Shown here in pieces: positions 45,835 through 57,599 of a DNA stretch of 64,000 bases. The DNA lies in assembly GCA_977017575.1 (NCBI GenBank), contig CDRNVI010000020.1, positions 248,001 through 312,000 of the forward strand. Direction: 5' to 3'. This DNA is from Paramoeba atlantica (taxonomy: Eukaryota > Protista > Discosea). The notes beneath the pieces were generated by a model that was not told where the DNA came from, did no database searches, and worked only from the letters and a program-made list of their open reading frames with translations. Numbering within the stretch: the stretch's first letter is position 1; every line of letters starts with the position of its first letter. Position numbers and translations under genes: made by a program.

Positions 45835-46099
45835 GAACTGTTCTTTGTTCTCAGAACACCGAGAACACCATTCTATGAACCCACTTTACTTGAAAGGTTT
45901 CGATGAGCTTTTGAAAAAAAATAGAATCATTCAGCGAGCCGTTGTTGCATCGACTGCAGCGTAGAAAATACGCTTCTTATGGGCGGATCATGGAGAACAT
46001 GATCCAGTCCCGCGGATTTTTACTACCAGAAAGTAGGCGACGCATGCCATCCTGTATGAACGACCGACATGCGACAGCTTCATCCGAGTCATCATTAAT

Positions 46100-46400
46100 T
46101 TCACCGAGAAGACTTTGTTGCTTCGAAATGTGACTTGTTGTTGGTCCCAATATGGCGTATTCATGTCGCAAGTAACCGGCGAATTGATACTGTTTTACAG
46201 AGACAATATCAACACGTTTGGCTGCAAGTGCCCAATTATCAGCGATACACAGAGTACTATGAGTGATGTGGCAGTGTCTGTCAGGGAAGACACAATCACA
46301 TTTGGTGACCAGCGGCGGCGTCCATAAGTAATGTCGTGCAGCAGTAAAAACATTCGGGAAATAATGACGACCCACATCACACCATCACTCATATTCGTTC
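46100..46400 (-). pseudogene. hAT-like C-terminal fragment, inverted
   Basis: YFPNVFTAARHYLWTPPLVTKCD. Confidence 0.6.
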
Positions 46401-46602
46401 GCGTGTGGGGACGGATCCCATATGTCATACCTTTGCGGGTCCGACAGGTCCGGACCCATGTGAGTCCATGGACCCATGTCCGTACTGGTCCGGGACCCCC
46501 CGGACCCACTTGGATGGTCATCCTCAAGTTTCAATTTAAATCGCTGGTTTTATTAGAAAGCTAACACAGTGAAGGTCATATTTTAAATATGACCTATATA
46601 AT

Positions 46603-47409
46603 ATGTCTATTGTGAACTGTTCAAGGCTTCTAGTTCGTTACGGAGTTGAAAATATTCGCAATTCGTGCTTAACCTTCTTAAAGGAATGCGATATTCTCTT
46701 CGTTGCATTGAATAAATTTTCTGAACTCAATGGGAAACTTACAGCGACGCACGTTACCGAAACTTTGGAACAGTTATTCGAGGATTCAGGGGAAGGAGTC
46801 GGGCCTGAAGGTTTAAAAGAAGCGCTGAAGCATCATATGGCCCGGCTTTCTAAAAACCATAACATGGAATTTTGGAAAGACGTTGTTTGGTTCGATCCAA
46901 TATTCATTTCTGAATTCGGGCGCCCATATAACATGAAGAGTATCAGTGTGCAGCGGGCGAACAACCTTTTTGATTGAGGTTTAGGAGCACTAACAGAGCG
47001 AAACGCTTTATTTTCTATTACTGACATAGAATGGCAAGCGTACGTCACTTGTACTGACTTTGAGTGGGATCCCTCTGTGCACAGTAATGAGTATGATTAC
47101 TGGTGCACTACGGGTGATAGACTTTTCCCATCTATTGCTTTCGCCGCGCGTCATTACGTTTGGACGCCACCTCTCGTGACAAAGTGTGACTCATGGCTAT
47201 CGATATTGTCGTATATGTACAGTCCTCGACAATCCAGACTTCCTCCACGTGTGATTGCTGACCGGATTTTTTTGCGTGGAAACCTAAATAAGATTAAAAG
47301 AGTGACTCATAGCCCGAAAACGCAATATAAATCATCCGAGGAAGGTGAGTTTGATCTTCTCGAAAGTAGCGATACAGTCGAAGGCGAAGACAAAGATTTT
47401 ACAGAGTAA
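46603..47409 (+). pseudogene. hAT-like C-terminal half with in-frame TGA at 46975
   Basis: WFDP, then in the same frame DYW..FPSIAFAARHYVWTPPLVTKCDSWLS..RQSRLPP..IFLRGN. Confidence 0.7.
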
Positions 47410-47864
47410 CCACCCTCTCATTGGACTAATTTAGGGTGATTTTTCGTAGTATCAAACTAAAATTAATGGAATCTTGTAATGTATGATGTTGATTGCATAC
47501 CTTTGTAAAAAAAATACAGCATTCTATATATTCAATGAAAATAGCTTCTAAAAGTTCTTAGATCACTTTCACTTTTCCTTTCCGTTCTCTTATACATTTT
47601 TTGGGCGGGTGTCGGCGATCACCTATTCGTTAGTTCATAGCAAGTGAGAAAATAGTGATAAATATAGAGTGTCTTTTGATTCAAATTTTTATGCGTTCAC
47701 CATATGCTTCTTCTATATTCCTTTTAAATTACTTCTATATTTGCTTTTATTTAGTGAGTGTTAGCATGTATGCCCTTCATGACAGAGGTTGCAGCCCTTC
47801 AGCGTCACATGGTACACTACTTCAGTGTGGTTTCTTTATTTGAAATTGTTAGACAAACTGCATG

Positions 47865-47965
47865 AAGTACGGACTTTCGTACTAAGTACGGATAGTACGG
47901 TACTTAGTACGTACTAGTACGAAATACGGGGTCCGTACTACGCTTAGTACGAAGTACCGTACTGC
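47865..47965. repeat. AGTACG/CGTACT short-motif cluster in both orientations
   Basis: Directly visible; resembles a subterminal repeat field. Confidence 0.55.
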
Positions 47966-48433
47966 GATGTATGTATTTACTTCACAGACAGTTCGCTCTG
48001 GTTGTTGCATACCTTCCGGGCTAAGAGGGGGGCAACGCGCCTGTAGTTTCATCTTACAAACGTGTAGCATTGGAGTTCCAGTCATGGGACAGCCCCATCT
48101 ATCTCGGCCCCTAGAGGACAATCTACCTCCCTTCTACGGGGGAGGTTCTTCAACACTGTCTTCGTCCTGTTGAACATTTACAAACTCTGTAATCTTGCGT
48201 TGCTTAGCGGGAATTCTGTTTTGTAATAACGTATGCGATGCCCGATCGATGTTATCGCGTTCCCGTGCATTTCGCGTACTTTGTGCCACATCGTCTGGGG
48301 GTACCACATCGTCTGGCTCCTCAAGTTTGATGTCCATGCGCTCGTTGGCGCAGAGATACAGTTCTTGATACGACGGCAGGTATCATCGGCGCACTCCGCG
48401 ATGACGGATGTCGCACCAAGGGTGCACGGACTC

Positions 48434-48585
48434 TGTCGGTAGAGGGGGTCCAGGCAACTCGCCCTCTCTTTACGCAGCCGGAGGGGCGCACTGCAACCGA
48501 CTCGGTCCCAGTCGGTAGAGGCGGTCCAGGCAACTCACCACCTCTTTACGCAGCCGGAGGGGCGCACTGCAACCGACCGCTGCCT
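48434..48585. repeat. 76-bp-period GC-rich tandem duplication
   Basis: GTCGGTAGAGG.GGTCCAGGCAACTC...TTTACGCAGCCGGAGGGGCGCACTGCAACCGAC twice. Confidence 0.8.
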
Positions 48586-49384
48586 CGCGATAAGAAGAGG
48601 CAGAGCCACGCCCAGTGGTCCTCAAGGGAGGCCACCATGGCGCATGGCTCCCGGGGAAGGAAAGGCGCGAAGGTAAGAAAGCCGGGGAGGGAAGTAAACT
48701 CACTCAAAGAGTGATCCGGGGAGGGGTGAAGGGGTGGAAGCGCGTCCCCTGCTTCGCCGAGAAAGAGGGATAGTTTCGGCCTTAGTGCCGTCCGGCAACG
48801 GGCATATAAAACAGTAAGATTATGCCCGTTGCCGGGGAAAGAAAAGATGAACTAAAGGAAAATGTACCAACAAGATACAGAAACTGTATCTTGATAATCA
48901 ATGTTTCTAATGGAAGCTTTGCAAGGATGAAGGTAACCTAATCTGTTAAATGCAGAAAGAACAACATCCGAACGAGATAAGGAGGACTCCATAGCATTCC
49001 GAGGATCCTGCAGAACTATCTTCTGTCTCAGTTTCATTGGAGTCATCTGTTCCAGAAGATTTGTTTGCTTCTGTTTTAGAAGAATTTTCCTCAGATCTTG
49101 CTTCGTTGAGTGTCGCATCACTTGTGCTAATATTGGAAGAATCATCATCTGACAACGCGTCCGCTGAAACAGAGCTTGCTTCACCGTCGCTCGGAACAAC
49201 ACAATATGTTATTTCCTTTGAAGGTTCCCGATGAAATTCCTTCTGCAATTCAAAAAGATTTTACAAATCAAGACGGTGATCCGCCAAGGTTATTTCAAAA
49301 AATTGTGAACAATAAAGAATGTGAACAATAAAAAATGTGAACAATAACCGTCGGGGGGGTTTACATAGTTTATGAGGACAAGGG

Positions 49385-49732
49385 TTGCTAAAAATCACCA
49401 CACTTTCTCACGAGGAGATGACGACCGCTGAGTTAAATCCACGTGTTATCGACGTTCTGAGAACAGTGTTCTTTGGTTATGAGAACCAGAACGTGTTCTT
49501 GTTCTCAGAACAACAATGTATGGTAAGTGTATGTATGGATACCTCCACTATTCACCGCCGCACGACATGTGCCGTGACACTCGTACGTAAAGGAATCTCG
49601 ATGTGTTGGGCTATCAAGCCTATGTCATCAAATGATGCCACCGCATTCAAGCTTCTGCTTGAGGAAACATTGGATGAACTTCAATCTGAGCGCATCTTTG
49701 CTGTTCACGTCGTGTCAGATGCGGGAACATGA
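49385..49732 (+). pseudogene. hAT-like catalytic core fragment
   Basis: VSVCMDTST ... VHVVSDAG. Confidence 0.55.
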
Positions 49733-52033
49733 AGAAAGAAACACGTTGGTGGTCGACTTTGGACACTGTGATTAAGAGTTCGAACTTTCTGATCTCTCCA
49801 GTTGTCTACAGTGTTGTAGTTATTGAAAATTGATTGAAAATGTCAACACCAATCGATGTCACATCGGCAGTTGAGGCGCGATTCTTTTCTCGGTGTTCAA
49901 ATGTTTTGTATTCAATTTTGCATTTGGGCTGATAACGTACTTTTTTTGCTTTTTACTGCACTTTGCGAATCAGTTGCACTTTAGTAGCATTTTTACTATC
50001 TTTCTTTACGCACTTTTTTTTCTCTCTCAACTCACTCAATGGAAAAGTACCTATTCGCGTAATGCGAGATCCTTCACTCCCTTTCACCCTCTTCACCCCT
50101 TTCAATTCCTTTCACCCCTTTCAATTTCCAAAATAACAGGTAACCTGAAGTTCGAATGCAAAGAAAAGGTCATGGAAGTTCTACTCTACCGAATTTTTGG
50201 ATAAACGGAAAAAAAAATTGAAAGTTTTATAGTAAAAAAAACTAAAAAAAGTACTTTAAAGTAACTTTCATCCACTGAAAAAGACTTTTTAAGACTTTTT
50301 AAAAAATATTACTAATATTTTTACCCAAAAGTCGGTCATTTTCGTTTGTATTCTCTCTGGTTTCTTCCCTTTTCCTGGCAATTATTTCTTTTTTAGTCAC
50401 TTCGTTAAACGCGGAGGTAGTTTTCAACGCGAAGCGCGCAGCATTGGTGCCTTCGAAATTGAAAACAACCACCTCGTTTACCGAAGCGACTAAAAGAGTT
50501 TCAAAAATGATTTTGGAGTCATGAGCACAAAAGTCACGGCGACATCATCTTAAGATGTTCATTAAGACTTAATGACGTACCCCATCCGTCTTACGGTGTT
50601 CAGATATAAACTATAAAGTACCTTGTCCACCGTCTTATGTACCCATTTAAATCCCGGTCACCCGAATGGTGTCTCTCTCAGCATCAACAAGGGTGCAGAG
50701 AATTATTATTATTTATGATCGGTGGTGCAATGCTCCGAAGAACTCTGTTGATAGAGCAGCTCTTTCTTGCAGAAGATGGAAACTTAACACAGCGGCTCCC
50801 ATTTTACACAGTACTGCGCTTCAAGCTTGTACTAATGTCCCGTTGAGTCCATGGGTCATAAAGTATCAGAATATGGAATCGGGGAGGAAAATCATTTCAA
50901 TTGAATACGTCACCCCCTTGTTGTAATCTTGTAACCTTGTAACTTTTTTTATATATTTTGCGGCCAATAGATGAGCTGGTTTCGGTCCTTTTCGCCTGGA
51001 GGGTTTGGCTTCGACTGTCTCGAGAAGCGAAAGAGTTCTCAAGTAGACAGCTACTATAATACTCCCTCTCTCATTAATTTATATAAATGGATTTCGAGTT
51101 ATAAAAATTTAGTTTATGCGGGATCATTTATTTTTATAAATCAGAAATTAATCGAACGCTATTTCTTAATTTTTTTCTAAACCAAAGAATTTTTTCTTTT
51201 ATTCTACTTAAGATGGATTATTTTGTGAACGTGGATAGACGCCCTTCGAAGAAATTTCTTACAGAAAAGCGCAAATGGTTGATTTCTATGCTGGAGGCAG
51301 ATGGTGAGAAAATACAAACTTTATTTTGTTTATAGTACATTACCTCTACAGTGGTGTTCAGCGTCTTTTACCCCCCCCCCCTACAGGTCTTGTATTTTGT
51401 CCGATTTTGGAAATATTTGGTACACCACCGTTTTTCGACCCAATCGTTCCGAATCCGAGGTCCTTTTCACTCGGGCGACCCCCTACCCCCTCTAGCCAGG
51501 TAGGGGTCAAAAAAGCTAATTACAACTTCCTATTACATGGCGCGGTCTCCTTTAACCCTGCTGTACCGGTCCAAATCCCGGGGTCACTAACTGATTGTTG
51601 CGCAGTAGTGAAAATGGTGATGGAAGGAAGTTTCCAAGTATTGCAGCGCAGGAAAAGAAGAGGGGGGGGGGGTCGGCGTCCGACTATCGGCTTTGTCCCA
51701 GCAGGGTTAAAGGAGACCGCGCCATGTAATAGGAAGTTATGCTTCACTAGCACCTGCTCAGGGCAGTGAAGCGCACTTCCTGCAACGGGCGGAGGTCGCA
51801 CGCCTACCCCAGAACTGCAGCGCACGGACGAATGTTCGAGTAAATTTTATTTTTATTCTACGAAAAGGTCGAGTTAACACTACATAACCTTTACACTTCA
51901 GTTTTTCTATTTTTTTCCTTCTTCGTAAAGACACTATTACCATACATGAAGCGTGCCATACAACCAACCGAAGGAACGCGCTCACAACACCCACAAGCAC
52001 CAACGAGCAAAGATCAGTTCAGTTTTTTTTGTC

Positions 52034-52745
52034 GTAGGGCGTGTTCAGTCCTTGACTCTCCCACAGAGAATACTCATTCAGGAGTAATTTAGTTTCGCCG
52101 CAGGGCGTGCTGAGTCCTTGACTCTATAGAGAATACTCATTCAGGAGTAATTTAGTTCCGCCACAGGGCGTGTTGAGTCCTTGACTCTATAGAGAATACT
52201 CTTTCAGGAGTAAATTTAGTTTCGCCACAGGGCGTGTTGAGTCCTTGACTCTCCCACAGAGAATACTCATTCAGGAGTAATTTAGTTCTGCCACAGGGCG
52301 TGTTGAGTCCTTGACTCTCCCATAGAGGATACTAAATCCGGAGTAAATTTAGGTCCGCCACAGGGCGTGCTGAGTCCTTGACTCTATAGAGAATACTCAT
52401 TCAGGAGTAAATTTGGTTTCGCCACAGGGCGTGTTGGGTCCTTGACTCTATAGAGAATACTCATTCAGGAGTAAATTTAGTTCCGCCACAGGGCGTGTTG
52501 AGTCCTTGACTCTATAGAGAATACTCATTCAGGAGTAAATTTAGTTTTTTGCCACAGGGTGTGTTGAGTCCTTGACTCTCCCACAGAGAATACTCATTCA
52601 GGAGTAAATTGACTTTTTCGCCGCAGGGCGTGTTGAGTCCTTGACTCCATAGAGAACACTCATTCAGAAGTAATTTAGTTTCGCCACAGGGCTTGTTGAG
52701 TCCGTGACTACAGAAAATACTCAATCAGGAGTAATTTAGTTCGCC
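52034..52745. repeat. Tandem array of 11 ~60-68-bp units
   Basis: Consensus ACAGGGCGTGTTGAGTCCTTGACTCTATAGAGAATACTCATTCAGGAGTAAATTTAGTTCCGCC. Confidence 0.95.
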
Positions 52746-52996
52746 ACGGGGCGAAGGCCTGTGGGCCCTTATAGAACTAGAGATGTTCACAGATATGAAA
52801 GAAAGCATACTTTAGTTTATGTAATGGCCTTAGACTGTCGAATTTACAGTAATTTTCGGGATCGATCTGCGCACAATAAGTGCAACTAGTTACATCACGT
52901 TATTGAAACGAAAGTAGGAGACGTGCTCGACTGGAAAAATATTGAGAACGATGTCTCTCTGTATACACAATACTTTCTTACTTGCTGACTCATTTC

Positions 52997-54132
52997 ATGC
53001 CAGAGGCTTTACCTTCCCTTCTCCCAGAAAATTACGCCGCACACAGCCCAAAGTGTGCTTTTCTAGAGCTCTGCTCCCTAAAACGTTTGGGAGTAACGGT
53101 TCGCGAAGAATTAGTTGGGATTCTACCCAAAGCAATTCAGTATGTGAAAGGAAAGAAGTCGATGACTCCCATCCTTGAGAGTGCTGCTGCCACGGCGGCA
53201 AAGGGAAATACTGTGAATGGAGCACGTATAGTTCGACGGACTCTTGCTGCGATGGTGCGCGGCGATTTTTCATCCGGCAACGTCTCCCAAGCTGTTGTCG
53301 TCAACTTGCGAGATGCGCTTTGCGCGCTTGAGGCAGAGTTGGAACACTCTGAAGCTGTCCCGGTCGCAGAAACAGAAACTCCCACTCGCGGAGACCAAAG
53401 CAATAAGGACCTACGAAAAGCCTTTTGTAGTCTTATTGGGACGCGCAAAGACCCTCGCTGCCGTGTCCAACTGCACCAGTGCCTAACGGACACCGGTTTC
53501 AGTACAGAAACGTGGCTCTCGCCACACGTACAGAAGGCAGTGAAGGAGTCGGTAGACAACCGGCCTGACATGGTGTACTACGCCAAGCTTTTGGCAGACT
53601 CCCCTCCTGATGCCCCGATAGAAAGCATCAATTCTGAGGGCGTGCGACTCGGCATTTGGTCCCTCCTGTGTAAGATGGGGGCTGGTTGCTCATGCACCGC
53701 CTACGGCATGAGGGTGCTGCGGTGTCTGTAGAGACACTCGAGCACCTCATGCTCGACAACCATACTGAAACCACCAATAAATCCATTGTGGCCATTCTTG
53801 CGGGGCACGAACGTGCGTTAGCAATGGTAAACCGCAATGTGACCACCGTGTGCAAGGTTTCGGCTGGGACATTCCCTTCGGCCCCTCAAACCCCAGTGGT
53901 GCGAAACGCCTACAAGCGAACCAACCCCGGTAAACCCCCCTCAGTCGTCAAAGCGTGGAACTATCCACGCGCTCCACGCGGTACGTGCCGTCACTGCGGA
54001 AAAAGAGGCCATGAAATCCGCGATTGCACGGTAAAGATCGTACCAAGCGACTTCTTGCACGGGCAAGACAGCGCCTACAAGCGTAGTCGTTCTGGCCCAG
54101 TGGTTCAGAACAACAAGTTTCGGAAGCAGTAG
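52997..54132 (+). pseudogene. Gag-like ORF with CCHC knuckle, split by a frameshift near 53670
   Basis: Overlapping ORFs 52982-53731 and 53686-54132; CRHCGKRGHEIRDC. Confidence 0.7.
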
Positions 54133-54730
54133 CCCAGAGTTGCAAAAAGTTAATATAATCATTTTAACCGATCGATACAGACACGTAGGGGCCATTGTTT
54201 ACAGGCACGTATAGTTATGTTGCTTATCTCTTCAAAATGTGCTTTCGAAAATTTTGCGAAACGGTAAAAATCCAGATCAGAATAATTGGGCTTGAGAAAA
54301 AACAAATCTGTTCTTAAAAAGAATTATTTAATGCGTAGTATCCTGCCTTAAATTGTTTTTAACAATACAGAAAACGCACGTAGTACGTGGGCTCACCATC
54401 CGTTTTTTACAATATCGGCGTTTTTAACGATTAAAAACGAATACCTTTTACCAAAATTGTTGATTAGAATTCCTTTGACTCAAATATAACGCGAGAAGTT
54501 CTCAATATAGGTTCTCATTTATATACAGTAGATATGATATTTTCGTTCACGTACAGCTTTGCAAAGCTGCAAAGTCTCTTACATAAAATAGCCAATCATC
54601 ACCACTTGGATAGGTAAAACGCGAAGGCGCGAAAGTAATATCGACCTAGTGTGGCTCCAAAATTAGTTCAAAATAAAAGAACAGTTGCAGAAACTTTAAT
54701 GCATTCTCTTGAATATACAATATAATTACT

Positions 54731-55597
54731 ATGGCCTGGTCCAGACGACGCCGTATAAGTGATGAAGCTATACAGGCTGATACACAAAGACTGATTCAAG
54801 CTAATATGCATTCACAGCTCTCTCAATTTGCTGTCGCCCCAGAAACTGCTCGAAGACGTTCTCTTGACTTTTCAAGAATTGAGCATCTCTTGGGGGTGCA
54901 CGGTGTGTGTAACATAACCGAAGAAGCGTTCTTGGCTCTTTGCGCATGCCTCTCAAGGTTTTATCGGGCCTCAAAGCTCGAGGCTCTACGCTCCGCCCTA
55001 GTGTGGCGGCAGCTTGAAGATGAACCCGTAGAGCGATGCTGGTCTCAAACGATCCGTTTTCGCCGGCGGTTCAAAGGAGCCACCCGTTTGTGCCTGGATC
55101 CACAACCCAGGGGTTCAATCACCTTTAATCAATTAAAGCAGCTGACCGAATACTGCCAGGAAGCCGGGGAAACAGAATATGCTCGAGGCTTTGCCATAAC
55201 TTATTATTGCCTCCTACGGCATAGTGAACTGGAGTTGCTCCGCAGAAACGACGTTGAAGGAGAAACTGCGACACTTCACATTCGCGGTGGGAAAGGTCGT
55301 CTCCACTATGAGGTGGACATCGTCCAGGTACCGGAAGTTCAGGAACTAGTGACCTGCCTCAAAAAAGACGGGAACACCGTTCTTCTGCTACCCTTCTGGA
55401 ACAAAGTAAAGGCCAACGCGTTGATTCGTGCATCAGCCGTGCACTTTGAGTGGAATAGGCAACAGAACTGGTCATTCCACTGTCTTCGTCATGGCGGTGC
55501 TGGCCATCTGACTCGCCAAGGTGTTGATCTCCCCACGCGACTTTTACGTGGCCGATGGATGCCATCCTTCAGTGCAGAAGCTTATTCTATGATATAG
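54731..55597 (+). CDS. Tyrosine recombinase, full catalytic set
   Basis: LLRHSE, GGKG, HCLRHGG, GRW, EAY. Confidence 0.92.
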   Translation: MAWSRRRRISDEAIQADTQRLIQANMHSQLSQFAVAPETARRRSLDFSRIEHLLGVHGVCNITEEAFLALCACLSRFYRASKLEALRSALVWRQLEDEPVERCWSQTIRFRRRFKGATRLCLDPQPRGSITFNQLKQLTEYCQEAGETEYARGFAITYYCLLRHSELELLRRNDVEGETATLHIRGGKGRLHYEVDIVQVPEVQELVTCLKKDGNTVLLLPFWNKVKANALIRASAVHFEWNRQQNWSFHCLRHGGAGHLTRQGVDLPTRLLRGRWMPSFSAEAYSMI

Positions 55598-55871
55598 CCT
55601 TATCCATCTGTTCTGTACGAGAAACAATGGCTATCCGTAGTGTACAGGTGAGTCAGGTCGTTGTGCCTAATATATAACCTTGTGTCATTTCACATACACA
55701 CTATTCATCCAATGTCAATTTCCTTTCACACTATATACAGGCGTGTACTATCATACCATTGCGATGTATGTACAGTGTACCGTTTCGTCATTCAGTAATG
55801 TCAGGAACATAATAATATGCCACATTTGTTCCTCGTAAAACGGTTTCTTATATTCTTCTGTTTTGTATATT

Positions 55872-57599
55872 ATGATGAGTTTCAAAAACCTTGAGCATGA
55901 ATCGGACAACGGATATTTCAGCCTACAGCAAAACTACGCTCCCATACGTGGAGCGTACGCTAAGGACAGCGACCCCCTCTGCCCCCTGAAAAATATTGGT
56001 GGCATGATTATGACAGACGATATGTTCCAAACTAAATTTGGACATAATGCCAAAACGCTCTTGGGAATGTCCCCCTTCCCATCCCAAGAAATGATCATAG
56101 AAAAAGATGATCCGGACTCCCAACACTACAGGTCTCATCTGCAGGCGCTCAAGGACTGCAACGTATTGGTCCCCGTGACTCGGGAGCAAGTTACGGGAGT
56201 TGGAAAGTACATGGCGGTTCTGAAAGATGATGTGCATGCACGGGCTATATTTGATTTGCGTTACACTAACCTTCATACATGTATTGAAGGAATCCCCTTT
56301 ATTATTCCTAGTACGGAACAGCTCATTCAATCCTTATTGCATCTTGGGGATTGCGCTGAAAGGTGGTTCCGTTTCCTTCACGGGGATATTAAGAACTGGT
56401 ACTACCAGATCCCTATTTCAACGGAACTAGGGAACGCCTGCTGCATTCGACAGGGATCGACACACCTTCGTCCCACTGTTCTCCCAATGGGATATAAGTT
56501 AGCTTGCGGGATAGCGCAAAGCATCATGTGGAATGTTTTGATTTACGGAGATCACGCTAGCACGGACCTAAATGGCGTTGAATCTATGCTTGATATGACT
56601 GAAGCTCCGGGGATCGTACCTCTTCGTGAGGGAGGATTTATCGCGCTGATGTACGACTCATTTATGATTGTTGCTTCGGAGACGACGGTAAAACGGTGGG
56701 GAGAACACCTGGTGCACAATTTCCGGAAGTTCAATATCTTAGAAAAATATCTGACGATAGAAAAAAGTTCATGCAAATTTTCTTATTGTGGTATTCAAAT
56801 TATTCAAAATGGTGGCCGTGTTTCCTGGGCAGCAAACGAGACCACAGCTCAAAAGTGGTTGAAGGTAGCGAGAAACCTGTCAAGCATCACACCCCGTATA
56901 TTATTCCAACTTTGTGGCTACTTGCGCCATTTAGCTACTATACTAGGAATATCACCACGAGGACTAGGAAGATTGAGCAAATGTCAAAGTGTTTTAGGCG
57001 AAGTGGAAAATTGGGATGGGATAATCTTCGAACAGGGCGAACGAGAGGTCCTATTAAAAACTGCCCTACGTATCATCCGCGCAAACTCGACTCCCCGAGA
57101 CTGCACCATGTATCGCAGGTGTGAACATAAGCGAACCTTCTTCGCCGTTGTAGACGCGACCACAGCGCGCTGGGCCGTTTGGCCTATGAAGGGCGGATTC
57201 CCCATAAAAGAAAACGTCTTAGAGCAAGAGTGTCAGTTAGATATTGTATTGGCCGAGGCGACGGCAATATCCAAAGCGATAAGCATCGCAGTGCGCAGCG
57301 GATTCGCGAACATAATAATTGCGAGCGATAACACGGCCGCGTCTCGTGCGTTCGCCAAAGGATTTTCAAAAATTGAAGCATTGGATTCTATAATACGAGT
57401 TCATCAATATTTTCACGGGCGAATTGTCTTAGCTGACATCGCAAGCGAAATGAATCTCGCAGATATTGGGACCCGCCCACAAAAAGAGTACAGCCGCGCC
57501 GAGTATGATTTTCGTCGTACAAGAACATGGGAACAGCTTCAAACGGCGTGGCAAATTTATAAATCGTATGGAACAACATTTCTAAGCAGAAACAAGTAG
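55872..57599 (+). CDS. Reverse transcriptase-RNase H
   Basis: HGDIKNWYYQIP, VLPMGY, LMYDSF, VVDAT, LAE, ASDNT, MNLADIGTR. Confidence 0.9.
   Translation: MMSFKNLEHESDNGYFSLQQNYAPIRGAYAKDSDPLCPLKNIGGMIMTDDMFQTKFGHNAKTLLGMSPFPSQEMIIEKDDPDSQHYRSHLQALKDCNVLVPVTREQVTGVGKYMAVLKDDVHARAIFDLRYTNLHTCIEGIPFIIPSTEQLIQSLLHLGDCAERWFRFLHGDIKNWYYQIPISTELGNACCIRQGSTHLRPTVLPMGYKLACGIAQSIMWNVLIYGDHASTDLNGVESMLDMTEAPGIVPLREGGFIALMYDSFMIVASETTVKRWGEHLVHNFRKFNILEKYLTIEKSSCKFSYCGIQIIQNGGRVSWAANETTAQKWLKVARNLSSITPRILFQLCGYLRHLATILGISPRGLGRLSKCQSVLGEVENWDGIIFEQGEREVLLKTALRIIRANSTPRDCTMYRRCEHKRTFFAVVDATTARWAVWPMKGGFPIKENVLEQECQLDIVLAEATAISKAISIAVRSGFANIIIASDNTAASRAFAKGFSKIEALDSIIRVHQYFHGRIVLADIASEMNLADIGTRPQKEYSRAEYDFRRTRTWEQLQTAWQIYKSYGTTFLSRNK

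Noticed and set aside
1220-46977. Stop-codon reassignment (in-frame TGA at 1220, ~40328 and 46975)
   Set aside because: In-frame TAG (13263) and TAA (42933) also occur, all only in transposon relics. Intact genes end in TAG, TAA or TGA. Ordinary decay explains this.
48760-48790. Hammerhead ribozyme (GGCCGAAAC on the minus strand)
   Set aside because: No CUGANGA core at a compatible position
48134-49250. Minus-strand acidic and QRKITEF-containing ORF pieces as a transposase
   Set aside because: No catalytic motif found; left unassigned
50666-50926. pogo-like DDE fragment (IIIIYDRW..PILHSTALQ)
   Set aside because: Too degenerate to support
52034-52745. CRISPR, spliced-leader or snoRNA array
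   Set aside because: No unique spacers, no cas genes, no SL exon-like sequence, no C/D boxes
54731-55597. Prophage or bacterial integrase contamination
   Set aside because: Flanked by a CCHC gag and a DIRS-like RT/RNaseH within eukaryotic genes
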